NCBI GenBank assembly: GCA_963705255.1
Contig: OY970061.1
Location: forward strand, 1,600,001-1,664,000
DNA length: 64,000 bases
Direction: 5' to 3'
Source: an uncultured Methanoregulaceae archaeon
GTDB taxonomy: Archaea > Halobacteriota > Methanomicrobia > Methanomicrobiales > Methanospirillaceae
Part shown: piece by piece, positions 46,337 through 56,777 of the stretch
Position numbering within the stretch: position 1 is the first letter of the stretch
How the letters are laid out: every line of letters begins with the position of its first letter
Notes under the pieces: model-generated
Seen by the model: the letters and a program-made list of their open reading frames with translations, nothing else
What the model was told of the DNA's origin: nothing
The model's database searches: none
Translations under genes and position numbers: made by a program

Positions 46337-48319
46337 ATGGACCTGCTGCTTGCCAGTGTAAGTATTCTGACGCTCGCTATTGCCCTCCTGTATATTGGCC
46401 AGCGCCTCAGAATTCCAAGCATTGTCACCTTTCTCATCATCGGCATGCTGGTCGGGCCATATGGGTTTAGGCTCATCACCAACCAGGACGCCATCGACAC
46501 CTTCGGCACTATCGGGATTGTGCTGCTCCTCTTCACGATCGGTCTTGAATTCTCGTTCCAGAAACTGCTGCGCTCGTGGCGGACGGTGATCATCGGCGGG
46601 ATAGTCCAGGTCTGCACCACGATCGTTGCAATCACCCTCATCTCCGCGTACTTCGGCATGCCTCCCAACGAGGCCCTGATCTTCGGTTTCATCGTCTCCC
46701 TGTCGAGCACTGCCATCGTCATGAAGATCCTCCAGGAGAAAGGCGAGGTGGATACCCTCCATGGCCGTACTCTCCTTGGGATCCTGATATTCCAGGACCT
46801 TGCCATCATCCCGATGATACTTATCGCCCCCCTCCTCGTGGGAAGCGGGGGTCCCGATCTGGATGCGCTCCCCCTCCAGGTGGGAAAAGTCGCCCTTATC
46901 ATCCTTGTCATCATCATCATGGCCCGCTGGGTGATCCCTGCCTTCCTCTTCCGGGTTGCCCGGGAGAAGAACCGCGAGCTCTTCCTGATCACCCTTCTCG
47001 GCACCTGTATCCTCATCGCGTGGCTGACAAGCGAAGCCGGGCTCTCGTTCACGCTTGGGGCCTTCATCGCCGGTCTCATCATCGGTGAGTCCGATTACAA
47101 TATTGATGCACTGGGCCACATCATCCCGTTCCGTGACGTCTTTGCAAGCATCTTCTTCCTCTCCATAGGAATGCTTCTCAATACGCGGACCGTCTTTGTC
47201 AATTTCTATTATGTCGCCATGATCGTGGTCATCATAATCGCGGTAAAGATCCTGACCGGCGTGACCGCGGCAGCCATACTCGGGATGCCGGCCAGGATCT
47301 GCGTCTTCACCGGCCTCGCGCTCTGCCAGATCGGAGAGTTTTCTTTTGTCCTTGCAAAGAACGGGCTCGATACCGCGCTCATACCGGAAGGGGTCTACCA
47401 GGTCTTCCTTGCCGGGGCTATCATAACCATGGCCCTGACCCCCTTTGCCATAAAGGTCTCACCATGGGTGGTTGACCTCCTGTACCGGATCGCGCCGGGC
47501 CGGATTTCCCGTGGCAGAGAGGAGCCGGAAACGGAGGGGGAAGAAGAACTCTCCGATCACATCGTCATTGCCGGCTACGGGATTACCGGTAAGAGCGTTG
47601 CCCGGGCAGCCACGATTGCCGGCATTCCCTACATGGTCATTGAGCTGAACCCTGAGATCATCCGGCAGGAACGATCGACCTTCCGCCCCCATTTCATGTT
47701 CGGGGATGCAGTCCAGGCAGAAGTACTGGAGCATGCCGGCATCCGCCGTGCCCGGACACTGGTCATCGCGGTCTCCGAGGAGGAGGCCATACCGAGGATT
47801 ATTCATACCGCACGGCAGCTTGCGCCTGACCTGCACATTCTTGCCCGGACACGGCACGTGCGGCGTGCCCGCTACCTGCTGGAACTGGGTGCTGACGAGA
47901 TCATCTCGGAAGAGTTCGAGGCTGCGCTTGAGATCTTTTCCCGGGCGCTCAAGAAGTACCAGCTTCCGGACGAAGAGATCGGCTACATTATCAAACGGAC
48001 AAAAGAACTGGGTACCACCCTGTTCACGAAGAGTGCCGATGGCGAGGCGCAACTGGAAGATCCAAAGATCATCTTCCACGATCGGCACGTGCACACATTC
48101 CGCATCGAACCCGGGTCTGAATCGGAAGGAAAAACCCTCGGTGAACTGGAACTCCCTGCCCGTTTTGGCATCGCGGATGTCGGGATTCGCAGCGAAGGAA
48201 AGATTACACGACGGATCCAGCCCTCCCGTGCGTTGCAGGCAGGAGAGGTCCTCATCACCTTCGTAACGGACGAGACCGCCAGGGAACTGGCCCCTCTGTT
48301 TGCGAAGAAAAAACAGTGA
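46337..48319 (+). CDS. CPA2 cation:proton antiporter (Kef-like) with RCK domains
   Basis: LLLFTIGLEF, SSTAIV, LIFQDL, QIGEFSF, IAGYGITG TrkA-N, C-terminal TrkA-C-like. Confidence 0.93.
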   Translation: MDLLLASVSILTLAIALLYIGQRLRIPSIVTFLIIGMLVGPYGFRLITNQDAIDTFGTIGIVLLLFTIGLEFSFQKLLRSWRTVIIGGIVQVCTTIVAITLISAYFGMPPNEALIFGFIVSLSSTAIVMKILQEKGEVDTLHGRTLLGILIFQDLAIIPMILIAPLLVGSGGPDLDALPLQVGKVALIILVIIIMARWVIPAFLFRVAREKNRELFLITLLGTCILIAWLTSEAGLSFTLGAFIAGLIIGESDYNIDALGHIIPFRDVFASIFFLSIGMLLNTRTVFVNFYYVAMIVVIIIAVKILTGVTAAAILGMPARICVFTGLALCQIGEFSFVLAKNGLDTALIPEGVYQVFLAGAIITMALTPFAIKVSPWVVDLLYRIAPGRISRGREEPETEGEEELSDHIVIAGYGITGKSVARAATIAGIPYMVIELNPEIIRQERSTFRPHFMFGDAVQAEVLEHAGIRRARTLVIAVSEEEAIPRIIHTARQLAPDLHILARTRHVRRARYLLELGADEIISEEFEAALEIFSRALKKYQLPDEEIGYIIKRTKELGTTLFTKSADGEAQLEDPKIIFHDRHVHTFRIEPGSESEGKTLGELELPARFGIADVGIRSEGKITRRIQPSRALQAGEVLITFVTDETARELAPLFAKKKQ

Positions 48320-48464
48320 TGGTGCACCGTTACGGGAATGAGGGGAGAGAGATACGTGCATGAACTCCATGGAACAGGTGCTGCCACCATCCCTGCCGGG
48401 ACAGATCCGCAAGAGGTATCAGGAAAGAGCGAGAGATGATGGCGTACCGGGAGCGGGATCTGAA

Positions 48465-48890
48465 ATGACAGCAGGACTTTTTGGAACGATCCTCGTCGCA
48501 ACGGACGGATCGGAGAAGAACCGGGCAGCAGTGGAGGAAGCACTCCGGATCGGCAGGACCTCCGGGTAGACCGTCCACGCGGTCTACGTGGCCGACACCC
48601 TCGATTCGGCATCAGCGGACGTCGTCATCAGGGACACGTGGGAGCTGTTGCAGCGCGAGGGAGAGCAGGCGCTGGAGCGGGTCCGGGGCATGGCAGGCGG
48701 TGTACAGCTCGAGACCGTGATCCTCGAGGGAAAACCTGCGGCAGAGATCGTGAAGTATGCCGGGGAGAAGGGGATCGACCTCATCGTGATCGGCACGCAG
48801 GGAAAGCGGGGGATCGAGCGTATCCTCCTCGGGAGTGTTGCGGAGAGCATCATCCGGACCGCACCCTGCAAGATCCTCGTGGTAAAATAA
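48465..48890 (+). CDS. Universal stress protein with in-frame TAG at 48567-48569
   Basis: ILVATDGS..TSG*TVHAVYV..GKPAAEI..DLIVIGTQG..LLGSVAESI, one frame across the stop. Confidence 0.8.
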
Positions 48891-48905
48891 TGAGGAGCGG
48901 ACGGA

Positions 48906-49292
48906 CTACCTTCTCCGCCTCTTCGCAAACGCGATCTTGTCTTCGAGGGCCTTCATCTTCCCGCTGATGAGGCCGGGCTGTGCACGGTCCTCCCTGAGCG
49001 ACGCGATCTCTGCAAAGTCCCGGATCATGTCTGTCTTTTCCGGGTCGGTAAAATCTTCCTGGGATATCCGGTCCATGAACTCGGCTTCCCCGTCAATCGC
49101 CCTGTCGGGCCTCGGGTAGCACACGCGGAACTTTGAGCGGCAGTACCGGCACCGGGTATCGTAGCGCCCTTCATTCCGTTCTCCCCGGGTGAGGATCCTG
49201 AAGTTCAGGCCTTCACAGTCCGGGCATTTCCATTCGAGGGTCAGGGCTTTCAGCGTCCCTGCAGTATCGTGCCTGAAGAACCTGTCGAGCAT
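48906..49292 (-). CDS. Zinc-ribbon hypothetical protein
   Basis: WKCPDC and CRYC pairs. Confidence 0.72.
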   Translation of the reverse strand: MLDRFFRHDTAGTLKALTLEWKCPDCEGLNFRILTRGERNEGRYDTRCRYCRSKFRVCYPRPDRAIDGEAEFMDRISQEDFTDPEKTDMIRDFAEIASLREDRAQPGLISGKMKALEDKIAFAKRRRR

Positions 49293-49432
49293 CAGTGCCA
49301 CCGCTTCATTCCGGATTACTCAACGGTTTGCTCCGGGAGCCTCATTAATCCTGTGTCAGAGGCAAAAGGGGATGATCTCTCCGATCCGGGATACGGTGTC
49401 CCGCGCGGCCCGGGTGAACGGAGGGCGTGAGT

Positions 49433-50141
49433 TCAGTGATTTTCCCCGATATTTTCGAGAGCTTTCTTCGCGGCCGCCTGTCTCGATTCGGTAGTGTTTT
49501 TTCCGGTACCCCTGAATTCCTGACCGTTGTCAAGAATGACCCGGGAATGCCAGGTGGGGTCGTTGTCCGGACCTTCAGGACTGTCCTCATATCGAGGGGT
49601 GGTCCGGTGCAGTTTCTGGAAATGTTCCTGCAGGATACCGACCGCGTTCTGGTCCGGTGCGGAGGTACTGATGGCATCCCCCATGATCGCGTTGATGAAG
49701 AAGGCGACTTCATCAATCCCGGCCTCGCAGTACAATGCACCGATAAACGCTTCGAATGCCCCGCCGGTCACGCGCTCCCCGTACGTCTTCTGCTGCGCGA
49801 TGGATTCGGGGATGAGCCGGGCAAAGGTGTCGCCGTACTGGCGGGTCAGGCCACCAAGCGCCCGGTTTGATACCACGGAACTCAGGATCCGGGTCATCTC
49901 GCCCTCGCTGAGCACGGAATCCCGCTGGGTAAAAAGGGTCTGCGCGACGATCAGGTTCAGGACACGGTCGCCAAGGAACTCATAGCGCTGCCATTCCTCC
50001 TTTGTTATGTCCCACTGCTCCCTGCCCGGCACCCCATACGCGGCGTTGAACCGGGTGACAAAAGGTACTGACTATGCGGGGGACATCGGGACGGGAAGAG
50101 CGGAGGAGTTCGATCAGCGAGAGTCGGGGCGGGTCACTCAT
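49433..50141 (-). CDS. rnc: Ribonuclease III-family protein with dsRBD (frameshift near 50064, probable error)
   Basis: QRYEFLGDRVL signature, EGEMT, FEAFIGALY, LQEHFQ..G.G..ESRQAAAKKAL dsRBD. Confidence 0.82.
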
Positions 50142-50173
50142 GTGTTGCCATTCCGTCGAATATCCTGATAATC

Positions 50174-50802
50174 CTATCGTTTCCTGACAACGCCAACCCG
50201 CCCTTTCTCGACCGAGAGGGAAAAACCGAGCCCTTCAAGATATTCCCGGCTCTTTCCCGTACCGTGGATCAACAGACTCGGCAAGGTCCTCCTCCTCGTC
50301 GATGTCCGTGTGGAGCCGGAACGAATCGATGACGTCGACCGAGAGGCCGGCTTCCTCAGCGATCTTCATGTGCTTTAAGAAACTGGTCCCGTAATAATCG
50401 ACATGGAACTTTGTTGGTTCCCGGATGTAGATCACGTTGGTGCCGCCGCCGCGTCCCGGCACGATGGCCATATCCTTCTTGGTCGAGACAACCCGCCGTA
50501 TGGACTCGGCGTCGGCCAGCGGCAGGTCGGCCATGATGATCAGGCTGTCCGTGACCGACTGGGGGAGGATGGCATTCAGCGTCCCGTTCAGGTCGGTATC
50601 CAGGATGGTGACCTGGACGTCTTCGCTGTCGAAAAGCTCCGAACATACGAGGACCGGGCTGCACATGGCATCTTTTGCCGCGGCTTTCACATCCTCGAGC
50701 ATCACCCGTGCAAACTGCTCCCGCTCCTCTTGGCTGAGGACAGACTGAAAGACGGGTCTTCGGGTTTCTGGGTTTGAACGGGATGAGGGCCGGAGGACAC
50801 AT
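50174..50802 (-). CDS. cofC: 2-phospho-L-lactate/PEP guanylyltransferase (two frameshifts, probable errors)
   Basis: LIPFKP.NPKTRLS, MADLPL, GRGGGTN, SFLKH, DIDEEEDL; frameshifts at about 50744 and 50276. Confidence 0.88.
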
Positions 50803-50909
50803 GGTATACCGAGGTATGCCGGCCGATAAAAAAAAGGTGCTGATATGGATGCAGCGGGCGGGGGATGGAGAAGATCGCGGTGATGACCGACTCCTGTCGT
50901 ACTCCCGGT

Positions 50910-51674
50910 TCACGCCGCCGTCTGCAGGTCCCCGCCATCCATCCGGAACATCCCCTCCGGTATGCGGATCTCGAACCGGGCGCCCTTTCCCGGCTCACCG
51001 CTCTCTTCGATGGTCATGCCGGTCACGGCAAGGACCTCGCGGACCAGGAAGAGCCCCCAGCCGGTCCCTTTCCCGTACCCGCGTTCGAAGATCTTCACTT
51101 TTTCTCCGGCGGGGATGCCGGCCCCGTTGTCTTCCACGGTCATGACCGCGCCGGGCCCTTCTCTGCGGAGGGTGATGCGGATCTCGGTCGCACCGCTGCC
51201 GTACCGGAAGGTGTTGTCGATCAGGTTGGAGAGTGCCCTGCCAAGAAGGGGGTCGGCGTACACTGCAGCGTCACCGCTCTCGCAGGTTATCCGTATCGCA
51301 GTGGCGTCGAACTCTTCCCTGACGCGGGAGACGGTATTCTTCAGGTGCTGCCAGCGGGGGGGTTCCGTCGCGAGGTTCTGGTAGTCCTTGGCAAACTGGA
51401 ACTGGCGGCGGATCTTGTCGATGGCCTGCCGCTCCTTCTCGAGGAACGATCTGACCTTAGGGTCCTCGACCATCATCGCCAGCAGTTCGTTGTACCCCAG
51501 GACTGCGGTCAGCTGGTTGAGGACATCGTGCCGGGTGATGCTCCCGACCAGCTGGAGTTTCTTCTGTAAGAAAGCGATCTCTCCCCTGAGCCGCGCATTC
51601 TCTGCCTCCGGCGTGACCGGCTGCCCGCTGCCGCCTCCTGCCGGATCCGCTTCCTGACTCCTGCGATCTCCCAA
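50910..51674 (-). CDS. Cytoplasmic histidine kinase lacking a sensor domain
   Basis: ITRHDVLNQL, NLIDN, EDNGAG, GTGWGLF; start uncertain. Confidence 0.85.
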   Translation of the reverse strand: MGDRRSQEADPAGGGSGQPVTPEAENARLRGEIAFLQKKLQLVGSITRHDVLNQLTAVLGYNELLAMMVEDPKVRSFLEKERQAIDKIRRQFQFAKDYQNLATEPPRWQHLKNTVSRVREEFDATAIRITCESGDAAVYADPLLGRALSNLIDNTFRYGSGATEIRITLRREGPGAVMTVEDNGAGIPAGEKVKIFERGYGKGTGWGLFLVREVLAVTGMTIEESGEPGKGARFEIRIPEGMFRMDGGDLQTAA

Positions 51675-51842
51675 AGACGTACACCTCCCGGATACCGTGT
51701 GGCAGAACAACCTGTCCTGTCTGGAATGGTGAACGTTGATCCGCCCGGCTCTTTATGCTTGCCCTCTGCCCGTGCAGCGGCAGGCCTGCGACCTCTGCAC
51801 AGAGCATTAACCTTCAATAGATACAAAAGAGAACCTCTCTCC

Positions 51843-52832
51843 ATGCACCACCGCACGATCACCTTCTCGCGGAACGTATTCCTCCCCCTCACCACGGTCT
51901 GCAGGAACCGCTGCGGCTACTGCTGTTTCCGCACGCCGGTGCAGGAAGGCTGTATCCTGCCGCAGGAGGACGTCGAGCGGACGCTCCGGGCCGGGGCTGC
52001 GCTGGGGTGCACCGAGGCCCTCTTCACCTTTGGCGAACGCCCGGAAGAAGAACCGGGTTTTCTGGAAATGCTCCGTCCGCTTGGCTATACAACGATTCTT
52101 GATTACTGCGAGGCCATGTGCAGGAAAAGCATCGGGTACGGCGTCCTCCCGCACACCAATGCGGGCATCCTGACGTACGGGGAACTCGAGCGGCTGCGTG
52201 AGGTGAACGCGAGCATGGGCCTGATGCTCGAGACCACCGCGGAGATACCGGCGCACGCGACATCAACGGGAAAGGACCCAGCAACCCGCCTGGCCATGAT
52301 GGAAGATGCGGGAAAGCTCCGGATACCGTTCTCGACCGGCCTTCTCCTCGGGATCGGGGAGACGATGGCAGACCGGGAGGACTCGCTCCTCGCGATCCGG
52401 GACCTCCACAAACGATACGGCCATATCCAGGAAGTGATCCTCCAGAACTTCTGCCCGAAGCCGGGAACCCCGCTTGCGGGGGCACCCGTGCCGCGGACCG
52501 ATGAGATCTGTGCAGCGATCCGCCTGGCGCGGGATATTCTCCAGCCGGAGATTGCCATCCAGATCCCGCCGAACCTCACCGACGCGTCCCTGCTCATCTC
52601 CTGCGGGGTCGACGACCTCGGCGGCGTCTCCCCGCTCACCATCGATTACGTGAACCCCGAGCACCCGTGGCCTGCACTGGAAGAGCTGAAAACGATCGCG
52701 GGCGGTGCAGAACTCAGGGAACGGCTCTGCATCTATCCCCGGTACATCGAACGCGGCTGGTACCCTGCGGATTTGCAACCCCTAATAAACCGGCTCGGAC
52801 AAACAGTTAAGGCAAGGAGCAGTGTACGGTGA
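51843..52832 (+). CDS. cofG: FO synthase subunit CofG
   Basis: ITFSRNVFLPLT, CRNRCGYC radical-SAM motif, LPHTNAG, SMGLMLE, QIPPNL. Confidence 0.95.
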   Translation: MHHRTITFSRNVFLPLTTVCRNRCGYCCFRTPVQEGCILPQEDVERTLRAGAALGCTEALFTFGERPEEEPGFLEMLRPLGYTTILDYCEAMCRKSIGYGVLPHTNAGILTYGELERLREVNASMGLMLETTAEIPAHATSTGKDPATRLAMMEDAGKLRIPFSTGLLLGIGETMADREDSLLAIRDLHKRYGHIQEVILQNFCPKPGTPLAGAPVPRTDEICAAIRLARDILQPEIAIQIPPNLTDASLLISCGVDDLGGVSPLTIDYVNPEHPWPALEELKTIAGGAELRERLCIYPRYIERGWYPADLQPLINRLGQTVKARSSVR

Positions 52833-53590
52833 AGCAGAAGGGACTCCTCTATACCGGCAAGGCAAAATCGGTCTACCGGACGGATGTGAAGGGAAGACTG
52901 ATCGTTGAATTCCGGGACGACATCACCGCGTTTGACGGCGGGAAGAAGGACGTCCTGGAGAACAAGGGCAGCTGCAATGCAGAGGTCTCGGCCTTCATCT
53001 TCGAGTACCTGGAAAAGAACGGCGTGAAGACGCATTTTGTCACCATGCTCGATCCAAAAAGGATGGTCGTGCGCGAACTCTGCATGATCCCCCTCGAGGT
53101 GATCGTGCGGAACGTCGCTGCCGGGTCCATTGTCCGGAACTACCCGTTTGTGGAGGGGGCAAAACTCAGCCCCCCGGTCATCGTAATCGACTACAAGGAC
53201 GACTCGCGGCACGACCCGATGCTCAACGACGACCTGATCGTGGCGCTCAGGCTCGCGACCCCGCACGAGCTTGAGAAGATCAAAAAGACCGCGCTCGGGA
53301 TCAACCGGCTGCTCGTACAACTCCTTGCGTTGCAGGGGATCACCCTTGTGGACTTCAAGATGGAGTTCGGGAGGGCGGGCAGGACGATCTACCTCGGCGA
53401 CGAGATCAGCATGGACTCGATGCGCCTCTGGGACAGGAAGACCGGTGAGTCGCTGGACAAGGACGTGTACCGATTCAGCAAGGGGGACGTAATGGCCACC
53501 TACGACCGGGTGGCCGGCAGGATCACAAAAAAGATGGTCGTAAAGGCCAAACCTGCAAAGGCGGAGCCGGAGCGGGCACCAAGACGTTGA
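52829..53590 (+). CDS. purC: SAICAR synthetase
   Basis: GKAKSVY, IPLEVIVRNVAAGS, LVDFKMEFG, DEISMDSMRLWD, LDKDVYR. Confidence 0.96.
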   Translation: MKQKGLLYTGKAKSVYRTDVKGRLIVEFRDDITAFDGGKKDVLENKGSCNAEVSAFIFEYLEKNGVKTHFVTMLDPKRMVVRELCMIPLEVIVRNVAAGSIVRNYPFVEGAKLSPPVIVIDYKDDSRHDPMLNDDLIVALRLATPHELEKIKKTALGINRLLVQLLALQGITLVDFKMEFGRAGRTIYLGDEISMDSMRLWDRKTGESLDKDVYRFSKGDVMATYDRVAGRITKKMVVKAKPAKAEPERAPRR

Positions 53591-53732
53591 GGCTGCAGTC
53601 ATGGCCTGGCAGGGGTCGGAGCCAGAGCCTCCCGGACTGCCCCGGCGGATCTCCCGCTCTCCCTCCGTTCAATCGCAAAGACTAATGATAAAGATGCGCA
53701 ATCTATCCACACGCAAGACCTGATCGGGTACC

Positions 53733-54020
53733 ATGTCAGATGTTAATTCAGAGGAAGCGGATATGCTCAAGTGGGCAAAGGCCTATGCGCACAAGCACGG
53801 CTGGTCCCTCAACACCGAAGAGAAACAGCTCTCTACCGTGATACGGGGGCTTGTGCGGAACAAGACCAAGTTCGGGAGACCCTACTGCCCCTGCCGGCTC
53901 CGCAGCGGTGACGAGGAGAAGGACAGGAAGATCGAGTGCCCGTGTATCTACCACAAGGACGAGATCGGAAAGACGGGACACTGCCACTGCAACCTCTATT
54001 TCAAAGAGCCGGAGCCCTGA
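53733..54020 (+). CDS. Ferredoxin:thioredoxin reductase catalytic-subunit-like protein
   Basis: YCPCR, CPC, CHC motifs. Confidence 0.9.
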   Translation: MSDVNSEEADMLKWAKAYAHKHGWSLNTEEKQLSTVIRGLVRNKTKFGRPYCPCRLRSGDEEKDRKIECPCIYHKDEIGKTGHCHCNLYFKEPEP

Positions 54021-54045
54021 TGGTTTCCGTTTTTCCTTCCTTTGT

Positions 54046-54571
54046 ATGACCGGTCATTCACTCTGTTCCCCGGCTCCATCCTCCGGCCTTGGCCCGGTCA
54101 CCGGGTACTGAACCTCTCATCCTCATTCTCGGAAGTTTCCCCAGTATCCTGTCCCTTGAACGGCAGGAGTACGATGGGAATCCCAAAAACCGGTTCTGGG
54201 CGGTCATGGAAGAACTCTTCGCCGTCCCGGCCGGTCTTCCTTATCCCGGCCGGATTGCTCTTCTGGCACGGTACGGGATTGCACTCTGGGACGTGATCCG
54301 GACCTGTGAACGGGCGGGCAGCGCAGACAGCCGGATCCGGAACCCCCTTCCCAATGATATCGCAAGGTTTGTCCGGGCTCACCCGACCCTGCGGCTCGTA
54401 GCGCTGAACGGGAGCACTGCCGGGCGGTACTATGAGCGGTTCAACGAGATCCCGGGCGTGCCATCCGTGGTCCTCCCCTCGACGAGCCCGGCCAATGCAC
54501 GGCTCCCGTTCGCGGAGAAAGTGAGACGGTGGGAAGCGGTAAAAATCCGGGCTACCGCCGATCAGGAATAA
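54046..54571 (+). CDS. Hypoxanthine-DNA glycosylase (UDG family 6), frameshift near 54104
   Basis: LILGSFPS, NRFW, IALWDV, GSADSRI, LPSTSPAN. Confidence 0.85.
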
Positions 54572-54578
54572 AAAACCG

Positions 54579-56240
54579 TTACCGTTCCATCCGGAACCTG
54601 AGGAAGATCACATGGTAGATGGCATAGAACCCGACGAGCACTGCTGCCGTGTAGCCGGCGATCGCGATATAGGATATCTCTTTGGGCAGCACGAACTGTG
54701 ATGACTGGAGGACCAGCGATGAGCCGACTACCAGCGAAGCAACGACAAGGCCGATCATGATCTTGTCGCTTGCCTTGTCCAGTGCCATCTGCAGTTTCTG
54801 GAGGTCGGTGTCCACGATCTCGAGCTTGAAGGTCCCGGTCGAGAACCGCCGGAGCATCAGGTTGACATTGCGGGGCAGGTCCAGGATGGCGTCCGCTGCC
54901 TCGAGGAGGGACATGGACGCCCGCTTGACGTAGCCCGCGGAGAGGGTATTGGCATCGGCAAGCCTGGAAAGGTACGGGGTGACCTCGGTGCCGAAGTTGA
55001 ACTTCGGGTCGAGGCGGACACCGATGTCCAGCACCATCATGAAGACCTTGAGGAGGAGCATCAGGTTCATCGGCACCTTGAGCCGGTACCGCCGCATCGT
55101 CTCGGTGAGTTCGTTGACCACCAGCCGGAAGTTGAGCTGGGAGACGCCTTCCCCGCCTCCCCCGCTGAAATCGTGCATCATGAGATAGAGGTCGTCCCGG
55201 AGTCCTTCCCGGTCCGCTTCCGCGATCACGATGCCGAACCCCTCGAGGGACCGCAGCATCAGTTCGATATCGTCGTTCACAAGGGCAAAGAGGAGGTTGA
55301 TGAAGTTCTGGCGTTTTTCCGGGCGGAGGACGCCGACTATCCCGAAGTCGAGGAAGACGATGTCCCCTGCAGCGGTGACCAGCAGGTTGCCCGGGTGGGG
55401 GTCGCCATGAAAGAACCCGTCCTCGAAGATCATCTTGAGGTACGCGTGGAACCCCCGGACGCCGATCTCGTGCGGCTTGTGACCCATCGCCATGATCGAC
55501 TCGGGGTCGTCGATCCGTACCCCCTCGATAAACTCCATGACGAGGACACGGGAGGAGGAGTATTCCCAGTATATCTTCGGGAAACGGATGCCCGGGACGT
55601 CCCGGAAGTTGCGCGCCATGCGGTCGGCATTGCGGCCGTCACGGGCGAAATCGAGTTCTTTGACGATCTGGTGGGAAAAGTCCTCGACCATGCCGACAGG
55701 GTTGTAGACCCGGGTCTCGGGGAACACCGTCTCGATGCGTTCGGCCATCGATTGCAGGATGCCGATGTCGGTCTCGATGATCTCTTCTATCCCCGGCCGC
55801 TGGACCTTCACGGCGACCCGGGTCCCGTCCTTCAGGACGGCGCGGTGGACCTGCCCGATCGATGCGGATGCGACCGGGGTCTCTTCAAACTCGGCAAACC
55901 AGTCATCGATGCTCACACAGCTCTGTTCGATGACCGCGCGTATTTCAGAGAACGGGACGGGTTTTGCATGGTCCTGCAGTTTCTTGAGCTGTTCGATCAT
56001 CTCCGGCGGCAGCAGTTCGGTCCTCGTGCTCATGATCTGCCCGAACTTCACGAATGTCGGGCCGAGTTCCTCGAGTGTCAGCCGTATCCGCTCGTAGATG
56101 GTCGAGGTCTCGGGCGTCTTCCCTGCCGTCGGGAGCCGGAATCTCGCACGACCGGGGAATAACTTCTCAAGACCTATGCCGAAACCATATTTACTCAGCA
56201 CGTCTACGATCTGCGCATACCGCATGATACGGGTGACCAT
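54579..56240 (-). CDS. AarF/ABC1/UbiB-family atypical kinase
   Basis: LGPTFVKFGQ, ASASIGQVH, VAVKVQRP, FHGDPHPGN, LDFG; C-terminal TMs. Confidence 0.93.
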   Translation of the reverse strand: MVTRIMRYAQIVDVLSKYGFGIGLEKLFPGRARFRLPTAGKTPETSTIYERIRLTLEELGPTFVKFGQIMSTRTELLPPEMIEQLKKLQDHAKPVPFSEIRAVIEQSCVSIDDWFAEFEETPVASASIGQVHRAVLKDGTRVAVKVQRPGIEEIIETDIGILQSMAERIETVFPETRVYNPVGMVEDFSHQIVKELDFARDGRNADRMARNFRDVPGIRFPKIYWEYSSSRVLVMEFIEGVRIDDPESIMAMGHKPHEIGVRGFHAYLKMIFEDGFFHGDPHPGNLLVTAAGDIVFLDFGIVGVLRPEKRQNFINLLFALVNDDIELMLRSLEGFGIVIAEADREGLRDDLYLMMHDFSGGGGEGVSQLNFRLVVNELTETMRRYRLKVPMNLMLLLKVFMMVLDIGVRLDPKFNFGTEVTPYLSRLADANTLSAGYVKRASMSLLEAADAILDLPRNVNLMLRRFSTGTFKLEIVDTDLQKLQMALDKASDKIMIGLVVASLVVGSSLVLQSSQFVLPKEISYIAIAGYTAAVLVGFYAIYHVIFLRFRMER

Positions 56241-56339
56241 GGGTACACCTTGGATGTCGTGATACTTAAGGCGTCCTTTTCTCCGCAGTAACCGGGGAGG
56301 TCAGGCGGAAAAACCGGGCCGGAAAAGAGGATGGTTGGT

Positions 56340-56777
56340 TCAAGGGACTATGCTGCCCAGGTCATCATCCATCCGAACGCTCAGGTCCAGAGGTTCGACC
56401 GTAATCGGGGGATTGGTGGTAACGACCGGGACGGGTTGTACCGGACAGCAGCTGGAGGTATCCATGGCCGGCAGCCATACTCCCGGGCACGTCAGCCCCG
56501 GTGTCACGATGACTCCTCCCTGCATGGCGCAGGTCTGGTTCACGGAAGATGCAACCGGAGGAGCGGCTGTCGGTTGCCGCATGGGAAAATTCCCGGTCAT
56601 GGGTACAGTTTGTACCTGGGTGGCCTGCACGGTCTGGACAGTCGCCGGAGGAGCGGTTGTCGCCGTTGTCCCGGGCCCGGATCCGGGGCCGGGGATCGAC
56701 GTGCACCCGGCGGCTGCCAGGCTGCAGACGATAAGGATGGCCGCAAGAAGGCACAGGCCGGATCGATCCTCCATCAT
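56340..56777 (-). CDS. Putative lipoprotein with small Cys-rich domain
   Basis: LAAAGC lipobox, Thr/Pro linker, C..GG..C....CC. Confidence 0.7.
   Translation of the reverse strand: MMEDRSGLCLLAAILIVCSLAAAGCTSIPGPGSGPGTTATTAPPATVQTVQATQVQTVPMTGNFPMRQPTAAPPVASSVNQTCAMQGGVIVTPGLTCPGVWLPAMDTSSCCPVQPVPVVTTNPPITVEPLDLSVRMDDDLGSIVP

Noticed and set aside
46280-46345. Fluoride riboswitch upstream of the antiporter (TCGCCATTAAAAC resemblance)
   Set aside because: The 5' GGCGATGG and 3' CTAATGAC elements are missing, and the match runs into the start codon
50174-50802. cofC pseudogenisation (loss of F420 synthesis)
   Set aside because: Both shifts are AGCT-to-AGTCT insertions, F420 is essential to methanogens, and cofG is intact
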